Below are positions 32,816 through 42,187 of a DNA stretch of 64,000 bases, in pieces. Source of the DNA: an uncultured Gemmatimonadaceae bacterium. GTDB taxonomy: Bacteria > Gemmatimonadota > Gemmatimonadetes > Gemmatimonadales > Gemmatimonadaceae. The notes under the pieces were generated by a model. It did no database searches and was not told the origin of the DNA. It worked only from the letters and a program-made list of their open reading frames with translations. Where the stretch lies: assembly GCA_963781585.1 (NCBI GenBank), contig CAWAGQ010000011.1, forward strand, positions 1 through 64,000, written 5' to 3'. The position numbers and the translations under genes were made by a program. Positions within the stretch are counted from its first letter, which is position 1; the number at the start of each line of letters is the position of its first letter.

Positions 32816-34075
32816 CTACGCGCGGTCGCAGCCGCGCAGGCGCTTCTCCAGGAACCGGCGCTCCGTCGGATTCCGCGCGAGGACCAGGGCTGCCCGGAAA
32901 CGCTCGCGCGCGCCGTCGCGATCCCCGAGGAGAAGCTCCATCTCACCCATCGCGGCGGGATAGAATGGATAACGCGCCAGCAGATTCTCGTCGCGGATCG
33001 CGTGAAGCTCCTGCAGGCCCCGCTCGGCGCCCTCGCACTGGGCGATGGCAATCGCGCGATTGAGCGAGACGACCGGCGAAGGCGCCGCGGTCATCAACCG
33101 ATCGTACAACGAGACGATGAACGGCCAGTCCGTATCCTCGAGGCTCCGGGCTCCCGCGTGCGCGGCCGCGATCGCCGCCTCGATGTGATACGGCGTCACC
33201 TCCGAGCCGGTGGCCGAGTGCTCGAGCAGATCGAGCCCGTCGGCGATCAACTGCGCATCCCATGCCGATCGGTCCTGGTCCACGAGCGCGCTCAGATCGC
33301 CCGCCGCGTCGGTTCGCGCCCGCAGTCGCGCCGCGTGGAGACACATGAGCGCAGCGAGCGCGTTGGTGGCCGGTGTCGCCGCCGGAGTGTGCTCGCGCAG
33401 CAGAGCAGTGAGCCGCATGGCCTCGTCGCACAGCTCCACCCGCACCGCGCGCTCACCGGATGCGCCGTGATAACCCTCGTTGAACAGGAGGTACAGCGCG
33501 CGCCGCACAGCTGACAGGCGCGACGCGAAATCGTCATCGGTGAGATCGAACAGGCTGGGGGAGGTTGCCAGCACCTTCTTGCCGCGTGAAATCCGCTTCT
33601 CGACCGCGGCCCGGCCGGTCAGAAACGCGCTCGCAATCTCGCCCGCGCTGAAGCCGCACAGGATGTTCAGGATGAGCGCCACCTGCGCTTCCTCCGGCAG
33701 CCGTGGGTGACAGCAGGAAAACATCATCCGGAGTTGTTCGTCCCGGATCGTGTGTGCGGCGAACGCCTCGTCGACGAACGACGTCGTCGATTCGTCCTCC
33801 AGCAACCGCCCCACCTCGGGTGCGAAGGTCCGCGCGGTGCGTTCGCGTCGGAGGACGTCCAGCGCGCGGTTCTTCGCCGTCGCCATGAGCCACGCGGACG
33901 GATCCTCCGGTACGCCGCGCGTCTTCCATACCTCGAGCGCGCGGCAGAAGGCGTCCTGTACGACGTCTTCCGCGAGACTCAGGTTGCGCACGCCGAAGAG
34001 TCGCGTGAGGGCAGCGACCAGGCGCGCCGACTCACGCCGGAAGAGATGCTCGTTCAGGTCCGGAACCGTCGCCAC
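32816..34075 (-). CDS. ECF sigma-70 factor with C-terminal extension (ECF42-like)
   Basis: AEDVVQDAF, WLMATAKNRALD, LRMMFSCCHP, LYLLFNEGY, QDRSAWD, YHIEAAIAAAH; YciI gene upstream. Confidence 0.88.
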   Translation of the reverse strand: MATVPDLNEHLFRRESARLVAALTRLFGVRNLSLAEDVVQDAFCRALEVWKTRGVPEDPSAWLMATAKNRALDVLRRERTARTFAPEVGRLLEDESTTSFVDEAFAAHTIRDEQLRMMFSCCHPRLPEEAQVALILNILCGFSAGEIASAFLTGRAAVEKRISRGKKVLATSPSLFDLTDDDFASRLSAVRRALYLLFNEGYHGASGERAVRVELCDEAMRLTALLREHTPAATPATNALAALMCLHAARLRARTDAAGDLSALVDQDRSAWDAQLIADGLDLLEHSATGSEVTPYHIEAAIAAAHAGARSLEDTDWPFIVSLYDRLMTAAPSPVVSLNRAIAIAQCEGAERGLQELHAIRDENLLARYPFYPAAMGEMELLLGDRDGARERFRAALVLARNPTERRFLEKRLRGCDRA

Positions 34076-34082
34076 GATTCAG

Positions 34083-34120
34083 CTATCAGCGCTATCAGCC
34101 TATCAGCGCTATCAGCCTAT
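34083..34120. repeat. Tandem CTATCAGC(G) x4 between the reductase and sigma genes
   Basis: CTATCAGCG CTATCAGC CTATCAGCG CTATCAGC CTAT. Confidence 0.8.
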
Positions 34121-34719
34121 CCGCGGGCGGGCGCATAGCGGAGCATCACGTTGCCCGACTTGTACGGCCGGGCGTCGAGGAGCTCCAGTTTCACGCTCTT
34201 CGCGAGGTCCTGCAGCAGCAGCCGGCCCGCGCCAAGGAAGATGGGGCTCACGACGAACTGAAATTCATCGATGAGTCCATGCCGAGTCAGCGCGGAGACG
34301 ATCGTCCCGCTTCCGAAGATGATCATGCCCTTGCCAGGTTGCTGCTTCATCGCCGCGATCTCGCGTGGATCGAACTCGTGCACCAGGCGCGAATTCTTCC
34401 ACGTGACCTCCTTGAGCGTTCGGGAGAACACGACCTTGGTGGACTCGTTGAGCATGGTGGCCATGGCGCGCATCTCGGAAGATCGGCGTCCTGCGTGGTG
34501 GGGGTCAGGAGATGTGGGTGAATCGTCCAGTGCGTGCGGCCAGAATCCCGCGAACATCTCGTAGGTGCGCCGGCCGAACAGGATGGTATCGTTCCCCGGC
34601 ATGTTGGTCACGGCCTGCTTCTCCAGCTCCTCTTCCTGCACCGCCCAGTTCAGATTTCCGTCCGGCGCCGCGAAGTAACCGTCCGCTGTTATGCGGTTGA
34701 ACATCATGATTCGTCGCAT
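34117..34719 (-). CDS. Dihydrofolate reductase / RibD C-terminal family protein
   Basis: ITADGYFA, ILFGRRTYE, KVVFSRTL, IFGSG, LIDEFQFVVSPIFLGAG. Confidence 0.88.
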   Translation of the reverse strand: MRRIMMFNRITADGYFAAPDGNLNWAVQEEELEKQAVTNMPGNDTILFGRRTYEMFAGFWPHALDDSPTSPDPHHAGRRSSEMRAMATMLNESTKVVFSRTLKEVTWKNSRLVHEFDPREIAAMKQQPGKGMIIFGSGTIVSALTRHGLIDEFQFVVSPIFLGAGRLLLQDLAKSVKLELLDARPYKSGNVMLRYAPARG

Positions 34720-34783
34720 GTCGACTCCCGCAGAGATCAAGGGCCTGCGCGGCCCGGGTACGTCCCGGAACCGTCGTATAGCT

Positions 34784-35140
34784 TCAGAATGCCAGCGGTT
34801 CCACGGCGCGGACCTCGACGGATCCGTCGCCATCGAGCATCGGGCAGCCCGTCGAGAGCTCCACGGCCTGCGCCAGATCTCGCGCCTGGACGATGATGAA
34901 GCCCAGGACCATGTCCTTGGCTTCGACATACGGACCATCGGTCACGAGCTTGTTCTTTCCGCGGACGACCTTGCCCCCCGGCTCGAGCGGCTGGCCCCGG
35001 TTTTTCAAATGACCGCCTGCTTCGAGTTCGTGGATCCACGCCAGCCACGCCTGCAGGCTCCGCTGTGCGCGCTCGGGCGTGCCCATGGCCTCTCGCCGTC
35101 CCGCCTCGCTGGCCCGAAAGAGGAATACGAAATCGCTCAT
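34784..35140 (-). CDS. YciI/DGPF family protein
   Basis: VTDGPYVEAKDMVLGFIIVQA..CP..VEVR. Confidence 0.88.
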   Translation of the reverse strand: MSDFVFLFRASEAGRREAMGTPERAQRSLQAWLAWIHELEAGGHLKNRGQPLEPGGKVVRGKNKLVTDGPYVEAKDMVLGFIIVQARDLAQAVELSTGCPMLDGDGSVEVRAVEPLAF

Positions 35141-35199
35141 CGCTATGGTCCTCTTCTTGATGTTGTGTGCGGCGCCGACATCCGGCGCTTCAATCCCCT

Positions 35200-35226
35200 G
35201 ACGTTTGAGCGTGCCGTCGCCGGACA
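35200..35226 (-). promoter_or_regulatory. Candidate ECF42-type autoregulatory promoter
   Basis: Minus strand reads TGTCCG-N17-CGTC about 60 bp upstream of yciI; resembles the ECF42 consensus as I recall it (TGTCGA ... CG(A/T)C). Confidence 0.45.
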
Positions 35227-35387
35227 TCTTTCTCGCGCGGGACCGGTGACGCACCGCGTGCGGGCTCGATGACCGCCGCTCCTGGCCCTTCCGGAGTGAT
35301 GCCCGTTGGGAACGCTGGCGTCGGGACATCGTGGTGGGAGGAACCGGACCGTATCATACGTAGCAGCGCGATCGGTCGGGGGTGAGC

Positions 35388-36104
35388 ATGGCGGACGGAA
35401 CGTATGTGACGCTTGACGTCGCGGATGGAACGCAGATGCGTGCGTTCGTCGGGCGTGGCGAGGGAGCCGGGCGACTGCCCGGGATACTCGTGTTCCAGGA
35501 AGCGTTCGGGGTGGACGTACATATTCGGGATGTTGCCGGTCGATTCGCGGCGGCGGGCTTTGTCGCCATTGCTCCCGAGCTCTTCCATCGGACGGCGCCG
35601 CCGGGTTTCGAGGGTCGCTACGACGACTTTCCCGCCGCGATGACGCACATTCAGGCGCTCACGGTCGAGGGCATGACGGCGGACATCAGAGCGGCGTACG
35701 CCTTCCTCGCGGGCGACTCAGCTGTCGACGAGGGCCGGATCGCGGCCGTGGGCTATTGCATGGGAGGACGGGCCGCGTACCTGGCCAACGCCGCGGTTCC
35801 GCTGGCCGCATCCATCTCCTACTACGGCGGCGGGATTGCCGAGGGACTGCTCGACCGCGCACCGCATCTCAGCGGACCGCAACTCTTTTTCTGGGGCGGA
35901 CGGGACAAACGCATCACGCCGGATCACCACCGCGCGATCACCGACGCGCTGCGCGCTGCCGGAAAGACGTTCGTCAATGTCGAGTTCTCGGATGCGGAGC
36001 ACGGATTCTTCAACGACCGGCGTGCGCCACATCATCCAGCGGCGGCACGCGAGTCGTGGGCCCTCGTGCTGGCGTTCCTTCGGGAGTACCTGGCTATTGC
36101 GTGA
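35388..36104 (+). CDS. Dienelactone hydrolase family protein
   Basis: VFQEAFG, APELFHR, VGYCMGG, HGFFND. Confidence 0.9.
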   Translation: MADGTYVTLDVADGTQMRAFVGRGEGAGRLPGILVFQEAFGVDVHIRDVAGRFAAAGFVAIAPELFHRTAPPGFEGRYDDFPAAMTHIQALTVEGMTADIRAAYAFLAGDSAVDEGRIAAVGYCMGGRAAYLANAAVPLAASISYYGGGIAEGLLDRAPHLSGPQLFFWGGRDKRITPDHHRAITDALRAAGKTFVNVEFSDAEHGFFNDRRAPHHPAAARESWALVLAFLREYLAIA

Positions 36105-36184
36105 CGGCCAGCGAGCGTTCGAGCCGGACACGTATTCCTGCAGCGCGGTACCGGTACCGGGCGATCGTTTGAGGCCGGTCGAGT

Positions 36185-36445
36185 CTACGCGAGTCGCCGC
36201 TGGTGTCGTAATGCACCGAGGACGAACAGGAGTACGACCGCGCCGACGAACGCCACCAGGATGGTGCCCGGCAGTCCGTCGAGCGGTACCCGAATCCCCA
36301 GTGCGGCGAAGAGCCACCCGCCGAGAACGGCGCCGACCATGCCGACGACCATGTCGCCGAGCAGGCCGTAGCCGATACCCCCGACGACGGCGCTCGCGAG
36401 CAATCCGGCGACGAGACCAACCAAGAGCCACGTGATGAGAACCAT
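36185..36445 (-). CDS. GlsB/YeaQ/YmgE family membrane protein
   Basis: WLLVGLVAGLLA..GDMVVGMVGAVLGG..AFVGAVVLL. Confidence 0.85.
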   Translation of the reverse strand: MVLITWLLVGLVAGLLASAVVGGIGYGLLGDMVVGMVGAVLGGWLFAALGIRVPLDGLPGTILVAFVGAVVLLFVLGALRHQRRLA

Positions 36446-36516
36446 GACAACCCCCGCGAAGGACAACAGATGAAACCGACAGTACTGACGCTAACGTGCA
36501 GGTATTCGTCCCCGAC

Positions 36517-37215
36517 TCATTTCATCGACACCGTGAGGGGTCCAGTGAGCGTGATCACCACCGGTGTCCCCGAGCTCACCACCACATCACGGCTCGCGGT
36601 CTGGATTGCCACCGCCGCGCCACCCACCGCACCCACCGCGCCTCCGATGACCGTGCTCTTCGTATTCTTGCCGATCACCTGGCCAGCCGCCGCTCCGACC
36701 GCGGTGCCGACGCCCACCTTCACCGCTTCCGCGGTCCCGACGCCTCGTCCCTTCAGCGAATGCACGACCGAGGTGACGTCGCCAGCAAGCGTGTACACGT
36801 GGCCGCGGATCGTTGCCGAGGTCACGCTGAGCGCCAGCGTGCCATCCGCCTGATTCCGGTTGGTGGCCGGCGCGAGCTTCGCAATGAGCAGTTCGACTGT
36901 CGAGCCGGCAGGAATCACCACGCGGCCGTTGCTGTCCTTGACGTCCTCGCCAACGCTGATGGTCACTGCCTCCCCGGCCTTGTTGGAGCGCGAACTGATT
37001 GCCGAACCCCAGGTGGCGTCGATCCGGGAACCCGTTCCGAGTGTGCGTGTGGCGGGGCTCGTGCTCGGCGGCCGATCGTTGAGGCTGCCGCCGCCGCCGG
37101 CCGGCACGAGCGCGAGGTCGCGCGCAGCGCTGTCGCCTAACGCGACGTCCCGGTTTCCGCGCCCGCAGGCCGTCAATCCGGCCAGCGCGAGCGCTGCCAG
37201 CATGGTGCGTCTCAT
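36517..37215 (-). CDS. Lipoprotein with glycine-zipper C-terminus
   Basis: Lipobox LAGLTAC; GTAVGAAAGQVIG..VIGGAVGAVGGAAVA. Confidence 0.75.
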   Translation of the reverse strand: MRRTMLAALALAGLTACGRGNRDVALGDSAARDLALVPAGGGGSLNDRPPSTSPATRTLGTGSRIDATWGSAISSRSNKAGEAVTISVGEDVKDSNGRVVIPAGSTVELLIAKLAPATNRNQADGTLALSVTSATIRGHVYTLAGDVTSVVHSLKGRGVGTAEAVKVGVGTAVGAAAGQVIGKNTKSTVIGGAVGAVGGAAVAIQTASRDVVVSSGTPVVITLTGPLTVSMK

Positions 37216-37643
37216 GATGTGCTCCATTCGTTCGATGTCCGCCGGCGGAGCGGTGCCTCGCTCCGGCGCCACGACGAAACGTGAACCTGCATCTTCGGAT
37301 CGGTCGTCCTCATCCCGGACCAGCCAGCCGTCGCAGCGTCGTGAGGGGCTTGTGCTCGGGTAAAGAGCCTCGTCCAGAGGGCCGGCAACCAGGTGGGCTG
37401 GCTCCCCTCCGGCCATCAGGAGCCAATCTGAACGTTAGGCAACGTCGCAGGCAGGCACCATCGCTCGAACGAGTGAGCGAGGGACTACAGTCGGAACGAC
37501 TCCAAGGTCGCTCGACGACTGCAGCTTCGCGGCGCCGCGCGTCCGCACGCCTCCAGGCCAGTCTGCTGCGGCGCCCGCTGGACGACGTGAACGACATTCG
37601 GCTCTGTCCTCGGCGACGGAGCGGGGCGTCGCCGTCTGTGCAC

Positions 37644-38165
37644 CTATCCCATCCCACCCTCGCTCGCCAGCGTCGCTTCGAGGCTACGGCCACGGGCTGG
37701 TTCGTGATCGCCAGGCGCGGGTCCGCGACCGATGACGCGGTCCAGGAGGTCGCGCAGCAGGGTCCATCGGTTCTGTGGATCCCAGGAGCGCATCGTCATG
37801 CCGTTGCGGATGGCGAAGACATCCACATTCCGGCTCACGAACGGGCCCAGCCGGGCGCCCGGGGCAAACACCAGGAGCCGATCGGCATTCCCTGGAACCT
37901 CCGCAAACACGGGCTGCGAGCCGGTACGCCGAAGGACCGCCTGCTCCACCAGCTCCCGCTCGGCCGCCGGAATCTGTGCCCAAACCGGCGCCCGCCAGTC
38001 CCATGGATCACACACACGGTCGAAGTCATGCTGCAGCTCTTTCTGTGTGAATCGCATCCCTCGCGGCAGTGGAGTGAGCGACTGAGGCGCATAGCCCGCA
38101 AAACCGGAGGTCCGTTCGCCACCAGACATCTTTGCTGTGCCGTTGACTCTCGCCGGCTCGCTCAT
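37644..38165 (-). CDS. Hypothetical protein
   Basis: GGAGG RBS upstream; globular-looking core FDRVCDPWDWRAPVWAQIP..LVEQAVLRRTG. Confidence 0.5.
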   Translation of the reverse strand: MSEPARVNGTAKMSGGERTSGFAGYAPQSLTPLPRGMRFTQKELQHDFDRVCDPWDWRAPVWAQIPAAERELVEQAVLRRTGSQPVFAEVPGNADRLLVFAPGARLGPFVSRNVDVFAIRNGMTMRSWDPQNRWTLLRDLLDRVIGRGPAPGDHEPARGRSLEATLASEGGMG

Positions 38166-38366
38166 GTACCGCCTCCAGGCATGACGGTCCGTTGCGCCAC
38201 GGTGGACCACGCGTGCGGTTAAGGACCTGGGGATGGCGCCGCGGGTCGACCTGGTCCTGGCTGCCTTCAGGCTCCACCGGCTGGCGACTCAGCAGCGGGA
38301 TGTTAGGCGACTGGGGGAAGCAGGGCCATCGATACTTCGGATGGATCAGGCACTAGATCGGAAGGA

Positions 38367-39056
38367 CTACTCCCCGGTCTGCGCGCGTGCCTGGCGGTGA
38401 GTGCTCCGGCCCTCGGTCCGCGTAAAGGCGGCGACCTCGAGACGCGTATGCAGGGCAAGCTTCTCCAGCACGTTATGCACATGGCTCTTCACCGTGTGAA
38501 TCGCGATGTGCATCTGCGCGGCGATCTCCTTGTTGCTGCGCCCTTCGCTAATCAGATCAACCACTTGTCGCTCCCGCTGCGTCAATCGCACAGCCTCCAG
38601 CACCGGGCTCTTGCCGCCCGTCAAGGCGCGCTCGACGATCTGGCTGAACAACGAGCCGGTCAACTGGGTCGGGAGCACCCTCGTGCCGCTCGCCACCAGC
38701 CGGATGGTCTCCAGAAACTCGTCGAACGACGCGTCCTTCATGACGAAGCCCGCCGCGCCCGCCCGCACGAAGTCGGCGATGTCCTCGTGCAGGGGAAGCA
38801 GCCCCATGACGATGATTCTCGTCTCGGGCACCTCCCTGTGCAGTGTCGCGGTGAGGCGCAGGCTGTCATGAGTCTGCAACCCGAAGTCCACGAGGACCAC
38901 CCGGGGCCTGGCTTCCCGGATCTGTTTGAGCGCTTCGATTATGTTGGCTGACGCCGAGAGGACCTTGAAGCCCTGCTGCTCCCTGATCAGGTTGGCCAGA
39001 CCCTCACGCAGCATCCGATTGTCCTCGATGAGTACGAGGGAGATGGGATCGCTCAT
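38367..39056 (-). CDS. NarL/LuxR family response regulator
   Basis: LIEDN, VLVD, GFVMK receiver; LTQRERQV..SNKEIA..TVKSHVHNVLEKL HTH. Confidence 0.92.
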   Translation of the reverse strand: MSDPISLVLIEDNRMLREGLANLIREQQGFKVLSASANIIEALKQIREARPRVVLVDFGLQTHDSLRLTATLHREVPETRIIVMGLLPLHEDIADFVRAGAAGFVMKDASFDEFLETIRLVASGTRVLPTQLTGSLFSQIVERALTGGKSPVLEAVRLTQRERQVVDLISEGRSNKEIAAQMHIAIHTVKSHVHNVLEKLALHTRLEVAAFTRTEGRSTHRQARAQTGE

Positions 39057-39546
39057 GGCGTGAATCGTCGGGGTAGCGGACGCCGCCGCGGCGCGGCAGA
39101 CGAACGCGAACGGCCGTCCCATCGGTCATCGACGATGTGACGGCAATCGGGCCGCGGTGCGCGATGGCGATCTGCTGCGCGATAGGGCATCCCGCTCGTT
39201 CGTTCCAGGAGATCAACAATCTAGGGGTTCATGAGTGGCCGCGTGAGGGGCCCGCCCGACCCGGGAATCCGGTGGTTGCCCGTTGCGCGACAGTGAGCGC
39301 CCTGGCCGTGGTGAAGTCGACGAGCGCCTAACGCCCTGGTCACGCGAATCCGCGCTCTACCGAGGGAGCGGCGTACAGGCCCCGGCCTGCGACGCTGCCG
39401 TTGCCGAAGCGGAGTGCCGAGGGTGCCTGCCGCCTCGATGATCCCCGGTCAGAAGGTCGCGTGTGGAGGGGAGGCGATGGGTCGCCCCGCTCCAAGGATT
39501 GATAGCGCCGGCGCCGCGCGAGTCGTAGCCTTTCTGCAGAAGCGCG

Positions 39547-40413
39547 ATGCTGGAGACTCGTCACGGGGAGGTCTGTTCCTTGCGTTCGTTCATCTCGAAG
39601 GTCCGCGCGGTGCGCCAGGAGATCCCGGCGTGCCTGGCAGCATTCCTGCTCGCAGCCTGCGCCATTTCACAGCAGCAGGAAGTTCAGCTCGGCGCCCAGT
39701 CGGCCGCGCAGGTCGACACGGCGTTGCCCCTGCTCCGTGATGCCGCTGTCGTGAACTACATCAACACCCTCGGCAACCAGCTCGCGAAGGTGACCGATAC
39801 CCGCAATCTCGCGTGGCACTTTACCGTCGTCGACAGCAAGGAAGTCAATGCGTTCGCGTTGCCGGGCGGCTGGATCTACGTGAATCGCGGCCTGATCGAG
39901 CGCGCGACTGATATGAGCGAGCTGGCCGGCGTCATCGGCCATGAGATCGGCCACGTCACGCGGCGTCATTCCGTGCAGCAACTGCAGCAGGCGCAAGGTG
40001 CCGACGTCGGGGTGACGCTCCTGTGCACGCTCACGAAGGTGTGTGAAAGCGGTGCAAGCCAGGCAGCCATCAATATTGGCGGGAGCGCGCTGTTCGCGAA
40101 GTTCAGCCGCACCGATGAGGCCGAGGCGGACGCGGAAGCCGTGGCGACGACCATCAAGGCGGGCATCTCGCCGTACGGTATTCCAGCGATGTTCCGTATT
40201 CTCCTGAGCGAGCGCCAGTCGAACCCCGGCGCCTTGGATGCGTTCTTCGCGAGTCACCCGTTGGAGGAGAGTCGCATCACGGCGACCGAAGCGCAGATCG
40301 CCACGTATCCGGCAAGCCAGCTCCAGCGGTTGACGAAGGATACGCCGGCGTTTCAGACCTTTCGTCGCCGGCTGCTCGCCTTGCCGCCTTCACCGAAGCC
40401 AAAGCAGCCCTGA
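39547..40413 (+). CDS. M48 metalloprotease (BepA/YfgC-like), probable lipoprotein; start uncertain
   Basis: LLAAC, VNAFALPGG, GHEIGH, FSRTDEAEAD, SHP. Confidence 0.88.
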   Translation: MLETRHGEVCSLRSFISKVRAVRQEIPACLAAFLLAACAISQQQEVQLGAQSAAQVDTALPLLRDAAVVNYINTLGNQLAKVTDTRNLAWHFTVVDSKEVNAFALPGGWIYVNRGLIERATDMSELAGVIGHEIGHVTRRHSVQQLQQAQGADVGVTLLCTLTKVCESGASQAAINIGGSALFAKFSRTDEAEADAEAVATTIKAGISPYGIPAMFRILLSERQSNPGALDAFFASHPLEESRITATEAQIATYPASQLQRLTKDTPAFQTFRRRLLALPPSPKPKQP

Positions 40414-40460
40414 GGCGCAGAGCCGCTTCATCGGCAGGGACTATCTCGACAGACGCCGCA

Positions 40461-40491
40461 CACCAGCGCGCGGTTCACCGTCGCGCTGGTG
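40461..40491. terminator. Hairpin between convergent M48 and OmpA genes
   Basis: CACCAGCGCG CGGT-TC-ACCG T CGCGCTGGTG: 10-bp outer stem plus 4-bp inner stem; no U-tract. Confidence 0.5.
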
Positions 40492-40501
40492 CGACGCGCC
40501 G

Positions 40502-41170
40502 TCATGGATTGCGCGCACTCGCATTAGCGAAGATCGCGATTTCCACCCGCCGGTTCAACTGCCGGCCACCCTCGGTGTCATTGGTTGCGAGAGGCTCGGT
40601 CTCCCCCCGTCCTACCGCCTGCAGCCGCGCCGCATTCACGCCCTGCGCCGCGAGGTAATTCGCCGCCGCCGTGGCACGCCGCTGGGACAGCGCCTGATTG
40701 TAGTCGCTGGTCCCTACCGCGTCCGTGTGTCCAACGATGAGCAGATCTGTGTTCGGGTACTTGCCGAGACTCGCCGCGAGGCTCCGCAGGTTCTGCGCCG
40801 CCTCGGGGCGCACAACATCGGAATCGAAATCGTAGAGAAGCCCTGACGCGAACGTCACGGCGATCCCTTCGCCCACGCGAGCGACGGTGGCTCCGGGGAT
40901 GTTCTGTTGGAGTTCCTTGGCCTGCTGGTCCATCTGATGGCCAATGACGGCGCCAACCGTGCCGCCCACCACAGCGCCGATGATAGCGCCCCTGGTCGTC
41001 GAGCCGGTCTGATTGCCGATCACGCCTCCCGCGACGCCGCCTGCCGTCGCGCCGATGATCGCCCCTTTCTCCTTTCGATTGAGCGCGCATGCGGTGACGC
41101 CCAGGGCAAGCAGCACAGCGATCGCGATGCGTACGTCACGAAACCTGGTTGATCCATATGTTGCGTACAT
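40502..41170 (-). CDS. OmpA family lipoprotein (YiaD-like, glycine zipper + OmpA_C)
   Basis: VTAC lipobox, GAIIGA repeats, IVGHTD, LSQRRA, NRRVEI. Confidence 0.92.
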   Translation of the reverse strand: MYATYGSTRFRDVRIAIAVLLALGVTACALNRKEKGAIIGATAGGVAGGVIGNQTGSTTRGAIIGAVVGGTVGAVIGHQMDQQAKELQQNIPGATVARVGEGIAVTFASGLLYDFDSDVVRPEAAQNLRSLAASLGKYPNTDLLIVGHTDAVGTSDYNQALSQRRATAAANYLAAQGVNAARLQAVGRGETEPLATNDTEGGRQLNRRVEIAIFANASARNP

Positions 41171-41267
41171 GAATACCTCCTCAGGCCACCGTCGATCGGG
41201 CCTGTACGTTTAGCCGCAGATTATGACTTTCCGGACTACATCCGCAGGTGCGGGGTGCGCCGGGTTC

Positions 41268-41417
41268 CTAGACGACTTTTCGTCCCTGAATCACTCGCAC
41301 CAGAAAGATTATCACGGCGATGACGAGGAGGATGTGGAGGATCCCGCCCATGGTATACGAGGTGACCATACCGAGTAGCCAGAGCGCGACGAGGATGATT
41401 GCAAGGGTCATGAGCAT
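41268..41417 (-). CDS. lmo0937 family small membrane protein
   Basis: MLMTLAIILVALWLLGMVTSYTMGGILHILLVIAVIIFLVRVIQGR. Confidence 0.85.
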   Translation of the reverse strand: MLMTLAIILVALWLLGMVTSYTMGGILHILLVIAVIIFLVRVIQGRKVV

Positions 41418-42187
41418 GACTGTTTCTCCGTTGTCTGGCGGCGACTCTCGCGAGTCCCGCACTTCCCGGTGCACGCGCCGAAACCCGTGGTGTCGCCCAC
41501 GAGCGCGCGTTGGTGGTTTCCGAGCCTTGTATCGCACACCATGATGGCTGTCGGCCGGGCGGTACGGCGTCGGGAGGATTCCGTGTGTCCTGCCGCAAAA
41601 GCCCGCACAGCGGCCGTTTCCGCGAGCTGGTCTCCCTGACGCGACGCCCCCTCATCGCCTGATGAGCCGGCGTCAGCCCCGCGCCCGACGCCAGGAGACG
41701 ACCAGTGCCGACTTGGCTTCCCATGCGCCTCGAATGGGAACGCGGGGTGTTCTGTCTTCCGACAGGACACCCCGATCCGGGCGAGGCCCTTCCCTGACTC
41801 CTGTGCCGACAGCCCGGTGCCGATACACCTTATGACGTCAGCCAACAGCCTCGGCACTCAACATGACCGAGTGAGTCGAAGCGCATGGCGCGTAGCGTAT
41901 GTATCATGCCGATCGACCTGATCGGTCGATATCCCGCTTTGGAGCGCTCTTGGAACTAGTCCGCTCGATCGAGGTGCGCGGACGCGCCAGGACGGTATCA
42001 CCGGGCTGAGATCGCGGTTGCGAGCAAGTGTGTCATCGACGCTCGCCGATGGTCTGGTCAGCGTCATTCGAGCTGTGTCGCTTTCAGGGTCAGGTCGCCG
42101 GCAATGCGCTCACCCCCGCCCCTGATCGCCGGTCGCTCAGGACCGAGCAGCGGTGGGGACCAGATTCGCGGCGGCCACTCGTCCGCA

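Noticed and set aside
37135..37440. GCCTAAC and GTTAGGC match the integron attC inverse-core (RYYYAAC) and core (GTTRRRY) consensus
   Set aside because: Copies are mostly inside genes and are not paired at attC-like spacing. The closest correctly oriented pair is ~300 bp apart with one copy in a CDS. No inner boxes or intI gene were seen.
41418..42187. 770-bp spacer as a possible ncRNA, riboswitch or tRNA site
   Set aside because: No recognisable tRNA arms or riboswitch consensus by eye; an Infernal/Rfam scan would be needed.
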